DNA from: Azolla caroliniana
Taxonomy: Eukaryota > Plantae > Polypodiophyta
Assembly: GCA_043228905.1 (NCBI GenBank)
Contig: JBHGNT010000005.1
Span: forward strand, 23,436,001-23,500,000
Reading direction: 5' to 3'
DNA: 64,000 nt
The notes under the pieces are model-generated. The model saw only the letters and a program-made list of their open reading frames with translations, was not told the DNA's origin and searched no databases. Positions 56,129 through 64,000 of the stretch are shown one piece after another. Position 1 is the stretch's first letter. Each line of letters begins with the position of its first letter. Both the position numbers and the translations under genes were made by a program.

Positions 56129-59059
56129 ATGTCAAGACAACCATGTGCTCATGACATCACCACATTATGCAGCCGTGGCAGAATTCAGGAAGCTTTTTAT
56201 CTGGTCTGCAGAGGTTATCGAGAGGGATTTTCCATATCAAGAGACGTCATTTACTCTCTTTTGCAAGCTTGTACCAACAAGAAAGACATAAAAATGGTAA
56301 GAAAAATGCACGGTTTTATGGTGAACGTAGGAGTTCATTGGATTTCCTCTCTAGGAGATCATATTATGCGGCTTTTGAGTTCTTTCGGCTGCTTGTTTGA
56401 AGCATCATTAGTCTTTTGTCAGATCTTGAACCCTACCACTTACACTTGGAATGCAATTCTAGAAGCTCATTCCCATTCAAGTATAGAGGAAAAGGCCATT
56501 TTTCTATACTATGATATGCAAGAGAGTGGTAAAGAACCTGACGAAGTCTCATTTCTTATACTTTTGAAGGCTTGTATGAGCTTAGGAGATGTGAAGCAAG
56601 GAGTATTGATGCATCACGAGATAACTTGGAGTGTCTTTTTGCCTAATGTAAACACAGTCAATGCAATTTTGGACATGTATGCCAAATTTGGACGCCTAGA
56701 TGAAGCACGAAATCTCTTTGACTCTTTGCCAGACCGAGACGCTGCCTCATGGGGTGCCATGTTTTCTGGGTATGCTCAACATTCACATAGTCTTCTTATA
56801 TTCCAATTCTACAAGGAAATGGAAAATGAATGTGTAAAGCCAAGCAAGGCATCCTTCTTATCATTTTTGAGTGCTTGTAGTGATATGGAGAGTGCAAAAG
56901 AAGGGAGGTTTATACATGATAAGATAGCTAGAAGTGAGTTCGCTTCGGATGTTGGTATAGGAAATGCAATGGTGGTCATGTATGTTAAATGTAGATGCCT
57001 TAATGAAGCTTTCAAGGTTTTTAAGGAATTGCCCTTTCCAGATATACTGTCTTGGGGTGCTTTGATCACAGGATTTTCATTAGGATATGGAGAATTTGTT
57101 CTTCGACTATTTGAGGAACTGCTTCAGAAAGGCTTGAACCTAACTAAAGGTATATGTTTAAGTGTCCTTAATGCATGTGAGAGTAAGGAAAGCACAGAGA
57201 TAGTTTATGATAAATTGATTAAGCATAGTTTTGAACTAGACATAGTTGTTGGTAGTGCACTTATTCATGTCTATGGAAAACTTGATTTGTTACAGGAAGC
57301 CGAAAATGTCTTTGATAGACTCAAATTTTCCCATAATGGTTTGACGTGGAGGAAGATAATTTCAAGCTACAATGAGCAAAGTAGACAAAGGTCTCCTTTG
57401 ATTCATCTTTTTAACCTCATTAAGCATGAAGGGGTTGAGCCAGGCAAGTTTCTTTTGCATTGCATTCTAAACACTTGTGGACAAATGACTGTTTTGACAC
57501 AAGGAAGGTTTCTGCATTACTTGATAGTGAGAAGTGATCTTTCTTCAGATGCCCTACTAAGTGGTAGCTTAATTGTTATGTATGTGAAATGCTCTAGCTT
57601 TGAGGATGCTTACGATTTGTTCGGGCGATTGCCTTATCATCAGGATAATAGATCATGGCATCCTCTCATTGGAGAATACATTGAGAATAGATATGATGGA
57701 AGTGTTCTTCAATATGTTTTGAGGATGCAACAAGCAGGAGTGGAACCCTGTAAGGCATCCTTTTTAGTTTTGCTAGAATTGTGCATAAAGTTGCGTTCAT
57801 TTGATACAGCTGCTTTGTTCCATGATCAGATAATAAAAATGGGATTGGAGTCAGATAAAGAGATTGCTGATACACTAGTGGACTTATATGCAAGATGTGA
57901 TAGTCTCAGCACGGCATACCAAGTATTGGATAAGCTTCCTTGTCCAGATGCTAGGTCATACAGGGCAACAATTGTAAATTATCCGCATCAAAGACAGACT
58001 TCTAATGCTTTGGATGTCTATATCAGCATGCAAGCTAATGGCATAATGGCTGATAGAGCAATTTTCATGGAAGTTTTAAAGGCTTGTGGTAGAGGAGAAA
58101 CCCTAAGTTTTGGTAGACTTGTACATTATTCTATTGTTACTGGTGGTTTTGTATTGGATGTTGCTATGGGAACAATACTTGTAGATATGTATTCTAGATT
58201 AGGTGAATTGGAAGATGCACAAAAGGTTTTTGACACCCTTTCAGAGCATAATGTTGTATCATGGTGTACATTGATCACTGGGTATTCTCACCACGGGCAA
58301 GGGCTTCTTGCTCTCGAGGCCTATGCAAATATGCAAGAGGAGAAAATCAAGCCCAATGAAATCATATTGTCATGTATTTTGAAAGTCTGTGCTAATCTTG
58401 GTGCCATAGAACTCGGAAGGTTGCTAAATGATCATATAATCAGAAGCAGGGTTGATTCAAATGTGGTCATTGGAAGTATTCTCGTCGATATGTATGCAAA
58501 GTCAAGTAGTCTGCAAGAAGCACAAAGAGTATTTGAAAAACTTAGTAACCAAAATATAGTCACTTGGGGTGCATTATTAACTGGGTATGCATCAGAAGGT
58601 GATTATATTAGTGTGGATCGATGCCTTGTGAACATGGAAAGGCAAGGTTTAACACCAGATGTTGCTATTTTTGTTACTCTTATCACAGTTTGTAGTCATT
58701 GTGGATTCTTAGAAGAGGGTTCTCGATACTTCAACAAACTGAGGGAGGCCCATGGCGATGCATTGCTGATATTCGAGCACTATAATTGTATGGTTGATCT
58801 TCTAGGGCATTTGGGATATTTGGAAAAGGCGATGGATTTGTTATGTACAATGCCTGCTATGCCTGATGTGATTGGATGGAAATCTTTGCTCACTGGATGC
58901 AAAGCATATGGAAATGCTGATTTAGGAAACCATTGCTTCAATCGGCTTTCAGAATTGGTTCCAAATGATGCTTCTGGATACACGATCATGTCAAACATTT
59001 ATGTGGATGCTCAATCGTGGGAGGAAACTAGCTCTCCAGACACCTTGGCACTGGAATAA
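56129..59059 (+). CDS. PLS-class pentatricopeptide repeat protein with E domain, no DYW (probable organellar RNA-editing factor), 976 aa
   Basis: Repeated P-L-S motifs (LVDMYAK..L.EA..VF, NVVSW..LI.GY), S2/E1 motif HYNCMVDLLG..G.L..A..MP..PDV..WKSLL..C, and E2 start ASGYTIMSNIY. Intronless. Confidence 0.93.
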   Translation: MSRQPCAHDITTLCSRGRIQEAFYLVCRGYREGFSISRDVIYSLLQACTNKKDIKMVRKMHGFMVNVGVHWISSLGDHIMRLLSSFGCLFEASLVFCQILNPTTYTWNAILEAHSHSSIEEKAIFLYYDMQESGKEPDEVSFLILLKACMSLGDVKQGVLMHHEITWSVFLPNVNTVNAILDMYAKFGRLDEARNLFDSLPDRDAASWGAMFSGYAQHSHSLLIFQFYKEMENECVKPSKASFLSFLSACSDMESAKEGRFIHDKIARSEFASDVGIGNAMVVMYVKCRCLNEAFKVFKELPFPDILSWGALITGFSLGYGEFVLRLFEELLQKGLNLTKGICLSVLNACESKESTEIVYDKLIKHSFELDIVVGSALIHVYGKLDLLQEAENVFDRLKFSHNGLTWRKIISSYNEQSRQRSPLIHLFNLIKHEGVEPGKFLLHCILNTCGQMTVLTQGRFLHYLIVRSDLSSDALLSGSLIVMYVKCSSFEDAYDLFGRLPYHQDNRSWHPLIGEYIENRYDGSVLQYVLRMQQAGVEPCKASFLVLLELCIKLRSFDTAALFHDQIIKMGLESDKEIADTLVDLYARCDSLSTAYQVLDKLPCPDARSYRATIVNYPHQRQTSNALDVYISMQANGIMADRAIFMEVLKACGRGETLSFGRLVHYSIVTGGFVLDVAMGTILVDMYSRLGELEDAQKVFDTLSEHNVVSWCTLITGYSHHGQGLLALEAYANMQEEKIKPNEIILSCILKVCANLGAIELGRLLNDHIIRSRVDSNVVIGSILVDMYAKSSSLQEAQRVFEKLSNQNIVTWGALLTGYASEGDYISVDRCLVNMERQGLTPDVAIFVTLITVCSHCGFLEEGSRYFNKLREAHGDALLIFEHYNCMVDLLGHLGYLEKAMDLLCTMPAMPDVIGWKSLLTGCKAYGNADLGNHCFNRLSELVPNDASGYTIMSNIYVDAQSWEETSSPDTLALE

Positions 59060-59194
59060 GCTCATGAAAGCTAGCATTTATTTAAATGGAGGTTGAGTTT
59101 TTTTTAACTGGATCAACGGAACAAATCTCAAAGAAATGTGACAAATTTCTGCTGAATTCATTAGGGTATTCTCATACTCACCTATTATTTCATG

Positions 59195-60482
59195 CAGGGC
59201 CTGAATTTGACGGGCATTTTTTAAAGATGTATGTCATATGACATGAGAGCGCAAAAACTAAGATGTCATTTGACGTACAAGTATTAATAATGAAAAGCTC
59301 TATATGATGCTTCATTATTATACATTTTATTACTATAGAAAATACACAAAGATACACAAATAAACATAACTACCTAACAAAGATAATGAAATCATACAAA
59401 AAAAATGATACAAATTGAATACTTAATCATCATATATTTCTTAAAGCCCAAAAAATACAAAAAAATGTTTGTCATACCATGATTCCTCATATTACGCATT
59501 GTGCAATATGTGTCTACTTCAATGATACTATCCTTCTCTCTTTCTCTTCAAACCAAAGGTTAAATATATCCCTCCAACAAATGTTTGATGTATCCTAAAA
59601 TTCCTCTAGCATCGCTTGTGCATATTAATAGTTCATCCAATCAACAATCAAACATAATAACCTCATCATAATCATACTTGATATCTATGGGTTCAACCAA
59701 ATCAACAATCAAACATAATAACCTCATCATAATCATACTTGATATCTATGGGTTCAACCAATCAACAATCAAACATAATAACCTCATCATAACCATACTC
59801 GATATCTATGGGTTCAACCAATCAACAATCAAACATAATAACCTCATCATAACCATACTCGATATCTATGGGTTCAACCAATCAACAATCAGACCTATCT
59901 CACCTCCTCCATGCTTTCTATGGCTTTCAATAAGTCCATATTGGACAAACATATATAACTAATCTCTCTAATTGCTTAGTCCTTATCCCATTCCACTTTG
60001 TCATACACGCTTCTCATGAGCAATCTTCAAAGAAAAAAGATTCAATAAAAGAGAAAAACAGAGAAAATAGAGACAAAGAAAAAAAGAGACAAAATACATA
60101 CTTCAGAGTGGTGTAGTGGCAAACAGTAGATGTCGTGCAATCATTGAGAAGCAACAGGGAGCAACGAGTAGTGAGCGAGCTGGGAGCAATGGGTAACAAC
60201 CAAGGAATAGGGAGTAGCGATGAAGGAAAGCAACAAGCAGTACGTGAAGAAGGAACAAGAAGCGTGAAGAAGGAAGCAAGAAAAGAGAAAACTGTGGGGA
60301 ATTTGGAATTGAAACATTGGAAGAAATATACAATATAAATATTTTCATATACTATAGAAATAGTTGGCTCATCCGACTAGATTCCAGTTGGTTGGAAATC
60401 CTGTCCGGAATCGATTCCGGCTATCCATAATGGTTGCCGCCGGCTGGGAAAGTCCAGACTCCCAATTCAACCATTGCCCAAC

Positions 60483-60513
<31 letters not shown>

Positions 60514-60710
60514 CATACATACATACATATATGACATGGAAATTAAATTTTTAGCATGTCATTTGACATGTATAATTTTTGGGTGCCTTTCGCATGAAAA
60601 ATGAAAATTGTAAGTTTATATATCACTTGACGGACATTTTTATTGGGTATATGTTTTTCACGGGCAAAATGGCCTTAGACGGGCATGACACCCATCAAAT
60701 TCCTGCCCTG
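59195..60710. mobile_element. Non-autonomous hAT element (1516 bp)
   Basis: 20-bp imperfect TIRs CAGGGCCTGAATTTGACGGG / CCCATCAAATTCCTGCCCTG, perfect 8-bp TSD ATTTCATG, and GACGGGCA subterminal motifs. Confidence 0.94.
59631..59891. repeat. 60-bp tandem repeat, ~4.3 near-identical copies
   Basis: ATCAACAATCAAACATAATAACCTCATCAT... recurs at 59640, 59701, 59761, 59821 and 59881. Confidence 0.95.
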
Positions 60711-62265
60711 ATTTCATGCATGAATATAAAAGACTTTTAGTCAACTTTTGAGAAGTGAATTCAAGATGGTTCCAGATACATGATCATCTCAAAATCTTAA
60801 CATCAACGCTCAATGATGGGAGGTAATATCGGAAACTTATCTAGAAAACTTGCAAATCAAATATGGAAAAAGGAGCACAAGAATCAGTTCTTGATGTGCT
60901 AAATCATAGAGGCATGTAAGATTTTTTATGCACGACATTGCACGACATTTCCACCATGAGTCATGACATATACTAGTAATAGCTCCATCATAAATATCAT
61001 AGAAATTCACAATACTTGCAAAATGAAAATATTATTATGAGAGTTGTATGGACATACAAAGCATCACAAGTTTTATGCCCATTTTCTACATATTGACAAG
61101 CCTATATAGTTGTAGATCCAGAAAGCATAGAGCAGACAATCCTAAACCTTTCCAAGTTATTATCTGTCTCAAATTCATCCTACCATGTGATCTTCTACTT
61201 CTTATTGTGAGTGGCTAAAGAAGATATAATGAAAAGTTTATTGGTGAAGGACATTTCAGAAGGTTGATCAACTCTAAGTTATAATATTGCCATGCTTAAA
61301 AGTGTTTATTAGGTGTTTGAACACTGAACATAGTCTTTATGAAACACTTGACATATGAAAACTGTGAACTTAGTAGATAATCAATTACCTAGGGAGCATC
61401 TGACAAACTCTAATACAAAAGTTTGTGTACCCTGCAACTACTAGTCTCATCACGGCAAATTAAAATCCTATTTAATAAACAAGTTATACTTGTCAAAAAA
61501 AGATCTGGTTGTACAGAGGATGATGAAAGTTTTATTTACGAATGTCAATCACAGTTTATTCTATAGAGACCCTGTGACAGTAAATTGTAACATTTGGCAA
61601 TTTTACTTGGAAAAACTTCAAAATTTCAAAAGAACCTCATGGCGCAGTTAGCAGCAATGTATTTTGCAGCCTCAAGGCACAGATCAAAAACTCAAGGAGC
61701 CAGTGGAAAAGAAAAAAGAAAAAAACCTTACAGTGCTCCTTTTCATGGTCCTTTTCTGATATATGCACCTTGTCTAGATACAAGGGTAGAAATCAAACAA
61801 TGCATCAACACAGTTGCAAGTCCTAAATGTTTCGAATTTGGCATCGATTTGACACTAAATCACTATTCTACAATGTTTCAAGACTTGAGGGTTCTTAAAT
61901 AAGAAACATTAGATATATAGCTGGGACATGAGACATGAAAATATTAAAACATATATCCCAAAGAGAGCAACAATCAAGAAGTGCAAAGAGTACAGAAAAA
62001 GGTTTCGTACAAAGCCCGTCCTTTCTCAAACTCTGTAGTCTATGATATCAAAGAAAATCATAACCCTTCAACCCTGAGAAATAGAACCCAATGCACTCAA
62101 AGGCCCTGTATTTTGATTGACTGAACCATCAGTCAAATGCCTGAAAACACCGTAACTTCAAAGAAATTAGTACACTTGCAAAAAATATTTTCAAGTCTTG
62201 AACCAGTGCATCTGAAGAGTGGTCAAATCCATCCAAATCACATCCAAAGGTGTATTACTATACAC

Positions 62266-63887
62266 TTAAGATTGTTGCATTGCCTCAGCGTGATAAACTT
62301 CTAATTCGGCATCCAGATCCGCTGCAGATTTTTCTTGTCCTCGACGTCCCCCCCTTCCTCCTCTCCTTGATGAACCACCAGGGCCTCGACCAGACCTCGC
62401 CAATCCTCTAAAAGTAAAAATAACACATCTTATTAAGCATGTGCATCAAACATTAAAGCATTTAAAGGATCCAAATCCCTAGAACCAAAAAATGGAGTTC
62501 ACTGCTATGTGCTAGACAAAAGGACATTTTTTTTCTAATGACCCAACATTGGCACTTTAATATTAAAATTAATAAGCATAAGAAAAAATCCCAAAATACT
62601 CAGAATTGTTTATGAGATTCCCACCAAAATTACCCCTCAGCGGTTTGAATAAATTACCAAATTCCCAGAATACCCCATTTCCCCCTTTCTAAAAAAGATG
62701 GAAATTAAGTAGAGAAAGAAGTATTATTTTGGAATTAGAAAAGATGAGGGGGAAGAAAGAGAATAATTTTGTAATTTCAATTTTATCAGGATAATTTGGT
62801 AGTTTCTAGACCAATTAGTTGTATTTTTGTGGATTTCCAAAAAATCAAATATAATGAAGGGTTTCGTGTTTTGTGCACAAGAAAAGGATGGAAGATCTAT
62901 CTAATGAAAACAGCAATATTTACTGAAAATGTATCTTTCCAAGAAACTAAAAGCGTGTACAATATCCTAATGAATTTTCAAAAGATTAGCTTTGTTGACA
63001 ACATCTAACATGAAACTTTGGAGACCCTAAACAGTAGGATATCAAAGGCAGTTAAGTTAAATATACTTTGTTTGAAGGAAATTTTACATGCTTTTAAGAA
63101 CAACTCTTGTTAAGAAGCTAAAAAGTTGTACCAGAGACAAGGCACTTACGGTCCTCTTGTTGCTAGCCCTCCTCTTCCATTAAAAGAAGGTTTTGGAATT
63201 CGTACTGGAGCAGCAGGAATCCCTAAGTTTGTTCCAATTATTTCCATCTTCATTGGTTTTCCATCCAACTGGACATTATTGTATCGCTTCATGGCGGCCA
63301 TAGCATCTGATCTTCTTGAATAAACTACCTCTGCAGTCCCCTGAAAATTTTAAGATGCAAAATTTAGCCTAAACAGTTGCCAAAAATCTTTTCCCTATAC
63401 AGTACTTTATAATCAGATGATAAACCTAAGCTAAAAGAAATCAGTTACCAAATATTTTTTCTTCTGTAGTACAGTGAAATAAGTTATGAAATCTTGACTT
63501 TAAAAAATCAGTTACCATATATCTTTTTCCCATCCTGAAACCAGTTACCAAACACAAAGAATACTTATGAGATAGAATGTTACCTTCGAACGTCCACTCC
63601 TATCATAATGAACTGTGCACCGTTTAAGGTCACCAACCTCTGAAAAGAGTTCCTGCAGACACAAATGGCTCAGAGATTGGAACAAAAGCATGAGCATAAC
63701 AAAGGACAATTGATACGGAATTCATAATCACCTTTATATCTTCATTTGAGACTCCAAAATCTAAGTTAGAAATAAGAACTTTAGTTCCTGTTTCTATTCC
63801 CATATTTGGCTTAAGAGGTGCTGCACCAGAACCTTCTTCAAAGAGATCATGCTCCCATTGACCTTCCTCGGGTGCTCCTCGTGTAGG
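62266..63887 (-). CDS. ALY: THO complex subunit 4 / ALY-REF mRNA export factor, 3' four exons (63887-63732, 63652-63584, 63340-63150, 62407-62266); 5' end outside window
   Basis: WEHDLF, RRM ([54 protein letters not shown]), RGG tract and C-terminal box [18 protein letters not shown] introns in frame. Confidence 0.94.
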
Positions 63888-64000
63888 CTGCTTCATATTA
63901 ACATAATATGCACACAAAAATAAGCTAAAATTATTAAGAGCAATGAGCTGATCTACCTATTTTTTAGTAAGATATAATTTAACATCATAATACCAGAATA

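Noticed and set aside
59631-59962. CRISPR-like array or repeat-protein ORF (59678-59962)
   Set aside because: It is a simple head-to-tail 60-bp tandem repeat inside a hAT element. The ORF results from the period being a multiple of three.

Overview
This is eukaryotic nuclear DNA from a land plant, most likely a non-seed plant such as a fern. That placement is an inference from RTE-X-like LINEs, a Tcn1-like chromovirus and a PLS-class PPR gene. Most of the window is nested, mostly decayed transposable elements: two Ty1/copia families, Ty3/gypsy elements, solo LTRs with target-site duplications (TSDs), a full-length L1 LINE, three RTE-X-like LINE lineages (one nearly intact) and hAT DNA transposons. 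Three host genes are supported: a 6-exon TEY MAP kinase (minus strand, 25500-29483), an intronless PLS-E PPR gene (56129-59059) and the 3' part of an ALY/THO4 mRNA-export gene (minus strand, 62266-63887). No prokaryotic features or CRISPR array were found. The most notable observations are: (1) a 3'-terminal stem-loop with compensatory base changes shared by three divergent RTE-X-like LINEs; (2) two complementary LINE halves, each joined to the same ~48-bp minisatellite at nearly the same protein position but 34 kb apart and inverted, suggesting a large inversion or a composite element; (3) a MAPK whose first glycine-loop Gly is Asn; (4) a decayed E2/E+ (possibly DYW:KP-type) tail behind the PPR stop; (5) self-nested or permuted copia structures. 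All coordinates were read by eye, and family assignments come from motif recognition, not database searches.
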